A DNA stretch of 64,000 nt from assembly GCF_009914755.1 (NCBI RefSeq), contig NC_060930.1, one strand, 5' to 3'. This stretch comes from the human T2T-CHM13v2.0 reference genome, Homo sapiens. The notes below the pieces were generated by a model. That model did not search any database. It had not been told where the DNA came from and saw only the letters and a program-made list of their open reading frames with translations. This document shows positions 46,871 through 64,000 of this stretch, piece after piece. Within the stretch, counting starts at the first letter, position 1. Each line of letters opens with the position of its first letter. A program made the position numbers and the translations under genes.

Positions 46871-47026
46871 ATTCCCACTATAAGCTACCCTACTCCTCCA
46901 CTGTTGGAAATTTAGTCTTATGACATCTGTAAGCAGAGCTCATCTCTTTTCTCTGATGGAGCATTTTCTCTTTCTTTTCTCTGATACTGGTATCACAAAA
47001 CAATGTCTACTCCTTCATGTCATTTA

Positions 47027-47028
<2 letters not shown>

Positions 47029-47064
<36 letters not shown>
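47029..47064 (+). repeat. Pure poly-A tract (36 A)
   Basis: Direct reading; no Alu/L1 body adjacent. Confidence 0.95.
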
Positions 47065-47069
<5 letters not shown>

Positions 47070-48038
47070 GAGATCTTCGACATCTTCCCTTGAATGTAAT
47101 GATGTATATAAAGAGTTATTCTTTTTAGCGTAAGAATGGAAGCAAGCATTTTATGGTCTCAGAAGAAGTCAGATTTATCACACATGCTGCTGTCCTGGGA
47201 CCTGCTGTCTTGGCTATCAGGAGGGGCACCAATTGGCTGCCGTAATCAGTCATGCATTGTGTATGCCGGGCACCCTTCTTACTGTTAGGTCTGGCCATAT
47301 TTCCCCACAGTCTGAAATTTATTCACGTCAGCCTGTACCCCAGCAGCAGATAGTTTGTCTCTTTGATATGTTATTGGCTTCTAGAAGTCTGACAGTTTTC
47401 CCTGTGTAGTTTTAATACATACTGATGAGTTTCCTGAACTATTATATACACTCAGAAATTCTTACAGTACCTCAAAGGCATTTCGCCTTATTTACTAGTT
47501 CTCAGTATGCATTCTCTGGGCCACTAGAGATTCTTCAAGGTACCAAAAAGGTTTGGGGGACCTTTTTCGAAATGCAAAAGGCTTAGGGAAAACAGTATTC
47601 TTAGCAATGCTGCAGCTGTAGAAGCTCTATGTAGCATTAAAATTCTTTCATTGTGTTAAGATTATGTGAACACACTCTGATAACCTGGTTAATTAATGCT
47701 TATTGAAATCTCTAGTTAGCAGTTATGATGGCACTAACTTTAAGTATGAAAATTTGATTATAAATTTGTAAAGACATTTATATTGACAAAACCCTAAATC
47801 TTAGAATCCAAAAGGAAAAAGTAATAAAATGGCTCCTTGGAGCTCACAAGGTTGAGAATTTCTTTTTTTTTTTTTTTTTTTTAATCTATCCACCTATCTC
47901 GTCAAAAGAATCAGTGTTAATAGCAATGGTAACGATTATTATCAGCATATTATAATAGTGGAATCAGCTACCATTAAGATCCTACTGTAAATTATGTAAT
48001 ATGTTAATGCCTTAATACATCATTTCTTTAAAACCTGG

Positions 48039-48918
48039 AATTTACAAGAAAAAAACAAACAACCCCATCAAAAAGTGGGCAAAGGACACGAACAGACACT
48101 TCTCAAAAGAAGACATTTATGCAGCCAAAAAACACATGAAAAAATGCTCACCATCACTGGCCATCAGAGAAATGCAAATCAAAACCACAATGAGATACCA
48201 TCTCACACCAGTTAGAATGGCAATCAGTAAAAAGTCAGGAAACAACAGGTGCTGGAGAGGATGTGGAGAAATAGGAACACTTTTACACTGTTGGTGGGAT
48301 TGTAAACTAGTTCAACCATTGTGGAAGTCAGTGTGGCGATTCCTCAGGGATCTAGAACTAGAAATACCATTTGACCCAGCCATCCCATTACTGGGTATAT
48401 ACCCAAAGGACTTTAAATCATGCTGCTGTAAAGACATATGCACACGTATGTTTATTGTGGCACTATTCACAATAGCAAAGACTTGGAACCAACCCAAATG
48501 TCCAACAACGATAGACTGGATTAAGAAAATGTGGCACATATACACCATGGAATACTATGCAGCCATAAAAAATGATGAATTCATGTCCTTTGTAGGGACA
48601 TGGATGAAATTGGAAATCATCATTCTCAGTAAACTATCGCAAGAACAAAAAACCAAACACCGCATATTCTCACTCATAGGTGGGAATCGAACAATGAGAA
48701 CACATGGACACAGGAAGGGGAACATCACACTCTGGGGACTGTTGTGGGGTGGGGGGAGGGGGGAGGGATAGCATGAGGATATATACCTAATGCTAAATGA
48801 CGAGTTAATGGGTGCAGCACACCAGCATGGCACATGTATACATATGTAACTAACCTGCACATTGTGCACATGTACCCTAAAACTTAAAGTATAATAATAA
48901 TAAAATAAAATAAAAAAA
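48039..48918 (+). mobile_element. 5'-truncated L1PA3/4 (ORF2 C-terminus plus 3'UTR)
   Basis: ORF 48136-48771; G-rich 3'UTR tract; TTT/AAAA target and degenerate TSD AAAACCTGGAA / AAAATTTGGAA. Confidence 0.97.
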
Positions 48919-50799
48919 TTTGGAACAGGTGTAAAATAGATAACACTGTCTTCTTTATATAGATAAGCAAAGTACATTAAAAAGTAAAAACTAACCAATA
49001 ATTTCAACACTAGAAAACCACTGGTTTTTGTACTGCCTTACAGAGGCCTCCACCCTAAACAAAAGCAATTATCTGTTAAGTCAAACTGAATAAATTTATC
49101 TTAAGAAATTATCTACTTTAAGAATATACCTTATTAAGCACTAGACTTACTAATGATATAATAAAGTGAACCATGCAGTTGTTATTTCCCTATGTGCTGT
49201 ACAGACACAAAACATATTTAGTGTAAGCAAATCAGTATTTTCTGTCCATTTCCAAAGCCAGTTTCCTTATTTTTGGTTATGTTAAAGACACAGGCATATG
49301 AAGAGGATACTTCTTCCTGAGTAGCAACATGGAAACAAAGCCACAGTTCAGGTGATTCAGGAATGCCCCCGACTCTAGGGAAGATGCTATAAGATGACTA
49401 TCCTTGAAAGATAAGCAGAATCTTACGTTTCCCAAACAGAGTGTATAATCTACTGCCCCAGTCTGTATGCATTTGCTTGATAGTTCAGTACTCACCAAAT
49501 GAAGAATAATTTTTCCTAAATTTTCTTATCCTTAATCTATACTTATCTGACTCCCTGGGGTATTTCTGTATGTGTCTTTTTTACCCTAAATCTCATTCTC
49601 CATTAGCTCCTCCAACCTAAAAATTGATTTTTAGGGATGTTGTTTCCATCTTAATCACCAAACATATTATGATCTATCAAATAATTTCCAGTGACCATAT
49701 TATTTTTATAATGACATGAGAATTTCAGAGAATCTCTCTCCTAATTACTCTTCTCTCCATTTACTATTAAAGTCTGTTTTGCCCAAGTTTACCATAATCT
49801 CCTAATCATTCTGTCAAATAATTCATAATCTATAAATAAGTTCATAGGTTCATAAAAGAACTCCTCTGTCATAGATGGATTTCACATTGAGAGGCTAAGA
49901 ATGAGCTTGTCATGCAAATACTTACAAATTAATTTGTGTGTTTTAAAATTATATGTGATATGCTATATTGCATTTTGTGAAACCTGGATCCAGTTTGAAG
50001 AAAATGGACAAAACAATCACTACGCTGATAGAAAAATATTTTTCAAATTCACTGTGAAATAGTGCCTAGATAACTTTACTGACTTTCGAAGTCCTCCCTC
50101 AACTCAAAGATACCTGGCTTAGAGTCTGGAATCAGACACTGGGTTTGTGTTGGCTCTGTCTCAACATTCCACATCCAATTTTTCAGCAATTTTATCAGCA
50201 TAATTTAAAATTATATGTTATAATCAATGAGACAAGATTACTGAAAATGTAGTAATGAAAACCAATCATTCTACATACACTAAATAATGCTTCTTGAATT
50301 AAAAAAAAATCATTCTTCAGGCCTGGACAAGAGAAAATAATCATCTAGTACATTATATTTGAGTAATGTCTATTCCAAAAATGGCTGACATGGGAGGTTG
50401 TTATGATGAGGCTTGAGTCATGCATTACCCTGTGGGATTTATGGGAAAACTCTTAGCCATATGAAGCTCTCTGGTGCAACCACACTCGGTGCAGTTAACT
50501 CAGTGTAGTTAACTTGGTGTGTAGTTACCAGACAAGGGTTTTTTCATTTGAAGAAATGATTCTGACAGCCTATAAGACAATGAAAAACATGTTCAGAAGC
50601 CAGGCAGGCAACATCTACAGCTACAAACACGTATTTTTCAGAAGACAGTTGTCAAATGTCTACTCTAACTTACAATATGGAGAAATCTATCACACTTCAG
50701 GAAATTTAGGCTTTATCTTTGCAATTCAATAATAATGTTATGGGCTATCAGAATCCTTCACCTTTTCAGTTAAATATATACATGTAAGCATATATATAA

Positions 50800-51409
50800 G
50801 TGTGTGTATATATATATAGAAATATATATACTTATATATGTGTATATATATATAGAAATATATATACTTATATATGTGTATATATATATAGAAATATATA
50901 TACTTATATATGTGTATATATATATAGAAATATATATACTTATATATGTGTATATATATAGAAATATATATACTTATATATGTGTATATATAGAAATATA
51001 TATACTTATATATGTGTATATATATAGAAATATATATACTTATATATGTGTATATATATAGAAATATATATACTTATATATGTGTATATATATAGAAATA
51101 TATATACTTATATATGTGTATATATATAGAAATATATATACTTATATATGTGTATATATATAGAAATATATATACTTATATATGTGTATATATATAGAAA
51201 TATATATACTTATATATGTGTATATATATAGAAATATATATACTTATATATGTGTATATATATAAGTATATATTTCTGTGTATATATAAGTATATATATC
51301 TGTATATATATAAAAGTATATATCTATATATATGAAAGTATATATCTGTATATATATATATAAAAAAGTATATATCTGTATATATATAAAAGTGTATATA
51401 TATATAAAA

Positions 51410-51452
<43 letters not shown>

Positions 51453-51460
51453 TATATATA
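50800..51460. repeat. AT-rich minisatellite, 13 units of 32-36 bp, followed by degenerate inverted units and (TA)n
   Basis: Unit GAAATATATATACTTATATATGTGTATATATATA; GAAA anchors at 50819, 50855, 50891, 50927, 50961, 50993, 51027, 51061, 51095, 51129, 51163, 51197, 51231. Confidence 0.97.
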
Positions 51461-53320
51461 TCCTGGCAGCAGAGTTTATTGGAAATAATTGCAAGTCAGT
51501 TGAATTGGGACTTGGCCTGGTCCTGCCACATACTCATTGTATAACTGTCACAAATGGGCCTCTGATTTTTTATTATTTGTTAAATTAGGGAATAAATTTT
51601 AACTAGATGATTTCTATGGTCCTTTCACCCTATGATTCTATCATCTCTGTAACTGTACACATACACACATATATGAACATGGGGGAGATGAAATTAAATC
51701 CTAGTTATTAGAGAAGCAATCCTCAAAATACAATTCCTAAATTAGACATGTTTTATGGGTTAATGAAAGTTTTATAATAAATGTGAATTTTTACAGTGAC
51801 CACCTACATCTGTAAGTTAATCAATGACAACTTTTAATAATCTTAATTACTGACAGTTACTCAAGCAAAAGTTTAGAAGATTTTCTCCTAATCTAACAGA
51901 AGCACATTAATTTAGAAGTTTGAAGAGTCTGTGGTATAGTTATCACAGTCCATAAATGAAATAAACTTGGGAGTCCCTCTGTTTATGCACAAATTATCAC
52001 ATCCCATTCCTCTTAGTAATACAAGAACCAGGGATTCTTACCTATGCCACCCAATACTTCAAAGTATCACCATCTTCTAAGTGGAGATAGGGACACATTA
52101 AGTAATAATCTGTACTTATTTGTTCTTTGCTCTATCTGTTCATGTATAATCTGCTTAGACTCCTGGAAATGTTTAACTCAAAAGCATTTGTCCATGGCCC
52201 CTGGGATTTTCTACCCAAATTTATATGTTTATTCTCAACCTGCCACTTTTTGCTTTAAACCTTTCTGCGGTGCTACATAAATCCTTAAATTCCTAGATGT
52301 TATATATTTTAGCATGTTCTCCTTATCTCGTGTTCCTAATCTCTACCAATTTAGGAACTGTACTGTACATTTAGCTTTGATAATCATTCCGATAAGACAA
52401 TCTCTTAATCACACTCCATACACTTTGCCAGATTGCTTCCATTTATCAGCTCTTTAAGATTTAAATGCCAAACCTCAAATACAGCTGCAAAAGTTGAGCT
52501 ATATACTCATGAGATGAAATAATAAGTAATTGATAAATCCAGGAAATGAAACTTGGATCAAACCATCACTGCCTGAAACTAATTGCCTAGAATTGAGTAG
52601 GGACAATAATTTAGCTTTCCCACTTGAACATAAAACATCAAACTAAAAAGAAAATCAACAAAAAATGAGGTCTATGATGGATCTTTAAACTGATAATTTA
52701 ACATCTCAAATAAGATTGTTAAACAGATTTTCAGGTAATATTAAAACATCCACAGGCACATTTAGAGGGTCACTGATTCCTTTTTTTCAGTCAAAGCAAA
52801 CACAAGTCAGTCCACAAAAAGAGTTGACACACAGTTCATTCGTCATATTCATGGCTGCCAATCATTTTTTGATTAGCCTTTCTGTATTGGTAAAATTTTG
52901 TATTACGAGTTCTTCTTCCTCGAATTAGAATTCAGAATTCAAATATTCTGCCTTGCTTTTGGGGAAAAAAGTCTAAAGAAATCTCTATTAACCAAAATCA
53001 ATCACAGGATGCTTTGACTTAGAAATAATGTTGAAATAGGCTTGATGTGGACATTTAATTTTTCTTGCATAGGTGACAAGACAATATCAACCTTTTGAGA
53101 ATAACTATAATTATAAAAGTTGAATCTTTGATGCTTGACAGAAATGGTTGTAATAAAGATGATTGTCTTGCATTTGGTGCTTCTCTGTGGCAGCAGAAAT
53201 GGTGGTTATATTTTTCTGCAGATCTGGGGCATTGTTCCTCTACCCTTAAGCATTAGTCAATTTCTTCAGCCCTCCCAGTGATTTGGGGAGCAATCTAATA
53301 TCCTTCAAAGTAACAGCCCT

Positions 53321-54227
53321 GGGGGAGGAGCCAAGATGGCCGAACAGGAACAGCTCCGGTCTACAGCTCCCAGCGTGAGCGACGCAGAAGATGGGTGATT
53401 TCTGCATTTCCATCTGAGGTACCAGGTTCATCTCACTAGGAAATGCCAGTGGGCGCATGTCAGTGGGTGCACGCACCATGTGCAAGCCAAAGCAGGGTGA
53501 GGCATTGCCTCACTCGGGAAGTGCAAGGGGTCAGGGAGTTTTCCTTTCCTAGTCAAAGAAAGGGGTGACGGACGACACCTGGAAAATCGGGTCACTCCCT
53601 CCCCAATACTGCGCTTTTCCAATGGGCTTAAAAAACGGCACACCAGGAGATTATATCCCGCACCTGGCTCGGAGGGTCCTACGCCCAGGGAGTCTCGCTG
53701 ATTGCTAGCACAGCAGTCTGAGATCAAACTGCAAGGCAGCAGCGAGGCTGGGGCGGGGCGCCTGCCATTGCCCAGGCTTGCTTAGGTAAACAAAGCAGCC
53801 GGGAAGCTCGAACTGGGTGGAGCCCACCACAGCCCAAGGAGGCCTGCCTGCCTGCCTCTGTAGGCTCCACCTCTGGGGGCAGGGCACAGACAAACAAAAA
53901 GACAGCAGTAACCTCTGCAGACTTAAATGTCCCTGTCTGACAGCTTTGAAGAGAGCAGTGGTCCTCCCAGTACGCAGCTGGAGATCTGAGAACGGGCAGA
54001 CTGCCTCCTCAAGTGGGTCCCTGACCCCTGACCCCCGAACAGCCTAACTGGGAGGCATCCCCCAGCAGGGGCACACTGACACCTCACACTGCAGGGTACT
54101 CCAACAGACCTGCAGCTGAGGGCCCTGTCTGTTAGAAGGAAAACTAACAAACAGAAAGGACATCCATACCGAAAACCCATCTGTACATAACCATCATCAA
54201 AGACCAAAAGTAGATAAAACCGCAAAG
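53321..54227 (+). promoter_or_regulatory. L1 5'UTR internal sense/antisense promoter
   Basis: Intact YY1 motif CAAGATGGCCG at 53332-53342; relatively CpG-rich; ORF0-homologous antisense frame present but frameshifted. Confidence 0.8.
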
Positions 54228-55253
54228 ATGGGGAAAAAACAGAACAGAAAAACTGGAAACTCTAAAAAGCAGAGCACCTCTCCTCCTCCAAAGGGACGCA
54301 GTTCCTCACCAGCAACGGAACAAAGCTGTACAGAGAATGACTTTGACGAGCTGAGAGAAGAAGGCTTCAGACGATCAAATTACTCTGAGCTACTGGAGGA
54401 CATTCAAACCAAAGGCAAAGAAGTTGAAAACTTTGAAAAAAATTTAGAAGAATGTATAACTAGAATAACCAATACAGAGAAGTGCTTAAAGGAGCTGATG
54501 GAGCTGAAAACCAAGGCTCAAGAACTACGTGAAGAATGCAGAGGCCTCAGGAGCCGATGTGATCAACTTGAAGAAATGGTATCAGCGATGCAAGATGAAA
54601 TGGATGAAATGAATGAAATGAAGCAAGAAGGGAAGTTTAGAGAAAAAAGAATAAAAAGAAATGAGCAAAGCCTCCAAGAAATATGGGACTATGTGAAAAG
54701 ACCAAATCTACAGCTGATTGGTGTACCTGAAAATGACGGAGAGAATGGAACCAAGTTGGAAAACACTCTGCAGGATATTATCCAGGAGAACTTCCCCAAT
54801 CTAGCAAGGCAGGCCAACGTTCAGATTCAGGAAATACAGAGAACACCACAAAGATACTCCTCGAGAAGAGCAACTCCAAGACACACAATTGTCAGATTCA
54901 CCAAAGTTGAAATGAAGGAAAAAATGTTAAGGGCAGCCAGAGAGAAAGGTTGGGTTACCCTCAAAGGGAAGTCCATCAGACTAACAGCAGATCTCTCGGC
55001 AGAAACCCTACAAGCCAGAAGAGAGTGGGGGCCAATATTCAACATTCTTAAAGAAAAGAATTTTCAACCCAGAATTTCATATCCAGCCAAACTAAGCTTC
55101 ATAAGTGAAGGAGAAATAAAATACTTTACAGACAAACAAATGCTGAGAGATTTCCTCACCACCAGGCCTGCCCTAAAAGAGCTCCTGAAGGAAGCACTAA
55201 ACATGTAAAGGAACAACCAGTACCAGCTGCTGCAAAATCATGCCAAAATGTAA
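54228..55253 (+). pseudogene. L1 ORF1p with premature stop
   Basis: 326-aa ORF MGKKQNRK...KEALNM; TAA at 55206-55208 replaces GAA, natural stop at 55251-55253; 9-nt duplication at 54594-54611. Confidence 0.95.
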
Positions 55254-55316
55254 AGACCATCAAGACTAGGAAGAAACTGCATCAACTAACGAGCAAAATA
55301 ACCAGCTAACATCATC

Positions 55317-59137
<3,821 letters not shown>

Positions 59138-59359
59138 ACAATGAGATCACATGGACACAGGAAGGGGAACAACACACTCTGGGGACTGTTGTGGGGTGGG
59201 GCGAGGCGGGAGGGATAGCACTGGGAGATATATCTAATGCTAGATGACAAGTTAGTGGGTGCAGCTTACCAGCGTGGCACATGTATACATATGTAACTAA
59301 CCTGCACAATGTGCACATGTACCCTAAAACTTAACGTATAATAATAAAGAAAAAAAAAA

Positions 59360-59769
59360 GGAAAGGTGGCACATATACGCCATGGAATACTATGCAGCTA
59401 TAAAAAAGGATGAGTTCATGTCCTTTGCAGGGATATGGATGAAGCTGGACACCATCATTCTCAGCAAACTAACACAGGAAAAGAGAACCAAACACTGCAT
59501 GTTCTCACTTGTTAACTGGGAGTTGAACAATGAGAGCACATGGACACAGGGAGGGAAACATCACACGCTGGGGCTGCTGGGGGTTGGGGGTGCTAAGGGA
59601 GGGATAGCATTAAGAGAAATACCTAATGTAGGTGATGGGTTGGTGAGTGCAGCAAACCACCAGGGCACATGTATACCTATGTAACAAACCTGCACGTCCT
59701 GCACATGTATCCCAGAACTTTAAGTATAATAATAATAAAAAAGGAAATATAAAAAAGAAAAAAAAACAA
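59360..59769 (+). mobile_element. Older L1PA7/8-like 3' end carried as a 3' transduction
   Basis: Second, more diverged 3'UTR (CCTTTGCAGGG, AAACTAACACAGGAA, GGTGATGGGTTG) with own A tail; lies inside TSD CAAAGTAACAGCCCT (53306-53320 and 59770-59784). Confidence 0.88.
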
Positions 59770-60406
59770 CAAAGTAACAGCCCTGCTTTTATTAGCCTAG
59801 TTCTGTTGTTCGCAACTAAGAGAAATGACCTAAAAGCTAATCAATTCAAAACCATTTGTAGCAGCTGAAGAATAATGAAAATATTGTTTCTGTGAAGGAA
59901 GAGATAAAATGTTTACATCAGCAGTAACAGTTCTAAGTTCATAAAACTATCAGAAAAGATTGTAAGATCTTTTTAGATAGTACAGTCTCATACCACTTTC
60001 TATCACAAATTTAGAAGTATTCATCAAGATGAATTTTAAGCACAAAACAAACAGTAAATAATTGAGGATTAAAAACACTAATCCTAAGGAATGAAAGCTT
60101 TGTCCATGTTGCTGTTAATTCTTACTTGTGTACATGAGATTATGACTGCCCTAGAGAAGTTAGTATCGCTAAATGGACTGATCTCCAAATCCATGCTTTT
60201 GATAATACATTTATAAATTTTTTAAAGAACATAATTTTTTATATACAGTGTTTCGTTTCTAGTGAGTACTTTTCAATTAAGTAACCTTGTTTTTAGAACT
60301 CTTTATATTTGATATCTCACAGATAGCTTGAGCTGACTGATAATGCAATCTTTCCTATTTTGATGTATCACTTGACTAATATTTTTCACAAAGTATGGTT
60401 CAACAG

Positions 60407-60430
60407 AGGGGAAAAAATACTTCAGAAAAG
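60407..60430 (+). other. Candidate exon with consensus donor AAG|GTAAGT (24 nt; alternative acceptor gives 60323-60430)
   Basis: Branch-like TGACTAAT upstream, CAACAG acceptor with weak pyrimidine tract. Confidence 0.2.
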
Positions 60431-60581
60431 GTAAGTACCTAAAAGAGTGAAATGGGACTATTAATTATCTAGATATATACATACACTTTGCTATTAAAAC
60501 GTAGCCTAAGATTATTTTTGGTTTTGAGAAGCCAGATGATAAGGATAAATTATAGTTATTTTAAAGTCAGTAAGAGCTTTA

Positions 60582-60701
60582 GGCTCAGTGTGGTGGCTCA
60601 CACCTCTAATTCTAATACTTTGGGAGGCCAAAACAGGAGCATCACTTGAGTTCAGGAGTTCAAGACCAGCCTAGGCAAAAGAGCAAGACATTGTCTCTAC
60701 C

Positions 60702-60732
<31 letters not shown>

Positions 60733-60910
60733 ATAAATTAGCCAAGCAAGGTGGCTCACACCACCTGCGGTCCGAGCTACTCAGGAGGTAAAGGTGAGAG
60801 AATCACTTGGGCCCAGTAGGTCAAGGTTGCAGTAAGCCATGATCATGCTACTGCACTCCACCCTGGGTGACAGAGTGGAATCCTGTCTCAAAAAAAAAAA
60901 AATAAATAAA
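60582..60910 (+). mobile_element. AluJ with expanded central A tract
   Basis: ATCACTTGAG..GGTCAAGGTTGCAG..CATGATCATG; 28-A linker 60702-60729. Confidence 0.93.
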
Positions 60911-61413
60911 ACTTTAATTATAAGCATCAATTGTCTTTGAAAATTTAAAACTTCTCACTAAGTTGACAAGACAGATTTAAGAATTTTGGAAGGCTGAGGT
61001 AGATAGCTTTTGCAGTATGTAGTATCAGCATAAAGCTGTGTGAAGAAAGAGCTCCAGGAAACTGAGTTCCCCATGAATCTGCTGCTGGATACTCTACTGC
61101 TCATGCACGAAGTAAAACTCCAAAAAGCCACACAAAGGATTGGTGAGCTGTGAGCTCAATAGTTATCTTGTGTGACTCTGGGAAACTAGATATGTCTCCG
61201 TATTAACAAGCAAGAGTGCTTCTGGAATACCCAGGGGATTCAGTAGTCAATTAAGAAGCCATGCCTTGATAATGGCACTCAACTAGACTTTGTGTAAATG
61301 CCCTTTCAAATCTGCCCTAACAAATATTGAAGACATTCCTGCAAATGATCAAACTGATACTCAAGTAACTTAGTTTTCCAGAATAAAGTCTAGTAATATT
61401 TAATAGAACACAT

Positions 61414-61866
61414 TGTATTAGCTTGCCAGGGCTGCTGTAACAAAGTACCACAAATTAATTTGGGTGACTTAAGCAGAAGAAATGTATAGTCTCACAGTTC
61501 TGAAGTTTGGAAGTCTGAGAATAAGATGTCAGGAGGGTTGGTTCCTTCAAAGGGCTGTGAGGAACAGCTCTGTTCCAGGTCTCTCTTGGAGGCTTATAGA
61601 TGGGCATCTTCATGTTCACAGTGTGCTCTTCCTCTGTGTGTGTCTGTAACCAAATTCTTCCCTTCTCCATTAAATCAGTCATATTAATATACATAATATG
61701 ATGTAAAAACAGCACTCAGGTTAGAAGCCCACACTCCAGTATGACTTCAACTTAAGTCATTACACCTGCAATGACCCTATTTCCATATAAAGTCACAATC
61801 TGAAGTATTGAGTGTTAGGACTTCAACATATGAATTGGGAGGAAGGGGCACATTTCAACCCATACT
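61414..61866 (-). mobile_element. MLT1 (MaLR) solo LTR, MLT1B-like
   Basis: TGTATTAG..GGGCTGCTGTAACAAAGTACCACA..TCTCACAGTTCTG..TTAGGACTTCAACATATGAATT..CAACCCATA. Confidence 0.88.
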
Positions 61867-61869
61867 GTA

Positions 61870-63455
61870 CACCAAACTTCTACATTAAAATATGTAAAAT
61901 AAAAAACTGTAGCATCAAATAAAAAATTTCCAGGCATAAAATAAGCCGGAAACTGTGATTCACAGACAGAAGCAGCTGTCAATAGAAACAACAGCAGAAA
62001 ATGACAACCACAATGAAATTAGCAGAAAAGAACTTCAAAAGAGCCATTAAAAATGTGTACCTGAATTTAAAAGAAAACATTATCCTGAAGAAAAGCAAAA
62101 TGAAAATTATAAATTAGTACCAAATGGAAATTCTACAACTGCAAAAGAAACACGTCAAATGAAAAACTCACTAGATTAGATTAACCGAATAGTCTAATGT
62201 ACGTATAATTAGAGTCCCAGGAGAAGTGAGACAGATAGAAAGAAAACAATGTTTTAAAGAATAATGGCCGCAATTTTTGCAAACATGATAAAAAACTAAG
62301 TCAACAGATTCAAAGCTCAGTAAAACATAATAAAATCACACTAAGGCATATTATGACAAACTTCCTGAAAATCAGTAATAAAGAGAAAAGCTTGAAAGAT
62401 TCCAAGAAAAAATGGACATTTATACAGAGGATCAAAAATCAGATTAACTGCAGACTTTACATCTGAAAATATACAAACAAGAAGACAGTAAAATGACATC
62501 TTTAAAGTATTAAAAGAAGGGAGGAAACCCTATTTTCAAAAGAATTTTAAGTCCAGCAAAAATCTCTCTCAAAATTGAAGGGAAAATAAGATTAATAGCT
62601 GGAAAAATTTGTTGCCAGAACACCTGGATGAGAAGAAATGTTTAAGAAAGTTCTTGGGAGGCCGGGCACACAGTGGCTCATGCCTGTAATCCCAGCACTT
62701 TGGGAGACCAAGTCAGGTGGATCACGAGGTCAGGAGCTCGAGATCAGCCTGGCCAACATGGTGAAAACCCATCTCTACTAAAAATACAAAAATTAGCTGG
62801 GCGTGGTGGCACATGCCTGTAATCTCAGCTACTCAGGAGGCTGAGGCAGGAGAATTGCTTGAATCCGGGAGGCACAGGCGGCAGTGAGCCAAGATCCCAC
62901 CACTGCACTTCAACCTGGGCAAGAGGGCAAGACTCCCTCTCAAAAAAAAAAAAAAAAAAAAAGTTCTTGTGGCAGAAATATAGTATCAAACAATAACTTG
63001 GATCCACATAAACAAATGGAGAGTTCCAGAAATGATAAACATAAATAGAAAATACTTTGTAAAATTTTAATTTCTCTAAAAGATAAAAGAGTACCTAGAA
63101 CATAAATAACTGCTAAGAGGATTAGACATAGGCAAAAGTAAGAAGCATGACAAAAAAACACAGAACCTAAGAGGGGAGTGGAATTATAATGTCATTAAGG
63201 CTCTTACATTATTCAAGAAATGGTATTATATTATTTGCAAGTAGACTATAATAAATTAGAGATACATATTTTAAGTGCTAGAACTACCACTAAAATTAGA
63301 AACAGAGGTATAGCTAAGAAGCCAATAGTATAAATAAGAAGAAGGACTACTAAAAAAATAGTCAATAAAAGAGAATGCAGGGAAAGATGAAAAAAAAAGC
63401 AAAGAACAGATGAAACAGTAGAAAACAAATATCAAAGTGGTAGACTTAAAACTAT
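61870..63455 (+). mobile_element. Ancient L1M ORF1-region remnant, interrupted by an Alu
   Basis: TCTAATGTACGTATAATTAGAGTCCCAG..GAATAATGGCCGCAATTTT..CAGATTAACTGCAGACTT..AGAAGACAGTAAAATGACATCTTTAAAG are ORF1-like. Confidence 0.7.
62660..62961 (+). mobile_element. AluSg-type element
   Basis: GGATCACGAGGTCAGGAG; TSD core AAAGTTCTTG at 62647-62656 and 62960-62969. Confidence 0.95.
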
Positions 63456-63457
63456 AT

Positions 63458-64000
<543 letters not shown>

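Noticed and set aside
50804-51544. Array of 32-36 bp repeats as CRISPR, and Ile/Tyr-rich ORFs
   Set aside because: Head-to-tail units with no unique spacers, no cas genes, mammalian context; ORFs are translations of the repeat

Overview
AT-rich, repeat-dense primate genomic DNA, most likely human (it carries a young AluYa5-type insertion and L1PA2-4 elements). There is no intact protein-coding gene, RNA gene or CRISPR array; almost all listed ORFs are L1/Alu/simple-repeat artefacts or chance ORFs. The main non-transposon content is a decayed SPATA31 (FAM75)-family pseudogene cluster at ~9-18.6 kb. It comprises a + strand large-exon remnant (~12.9-15.55 kb), two copies of an exon-1-like segment, locally repeated upstream modules and possibly an older inverted remnant. 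Retrotransposon structures of note: a full-length L1PA2/3 (53321-59359) whose target-site duplication also encloses ~410 bp of an older L1 3' end (3' transduction); a twin-priming inverted L1 (6335-7799); an AluYa5-like element nested in an L1; and a patchwork of non-consensus variants shared between four neighbouring L1s (possible local gene conversion). There is also a 13-copy AT-rich minisatellite ending in an inverted unit, and several short + strand segments with good splice signals that might be exons of an unidentified host transcript. I see no support for a wholly new biological system. Subfamily calls and consensus comparisons are from memory and need RepeatMasker/BLAST confirmation.
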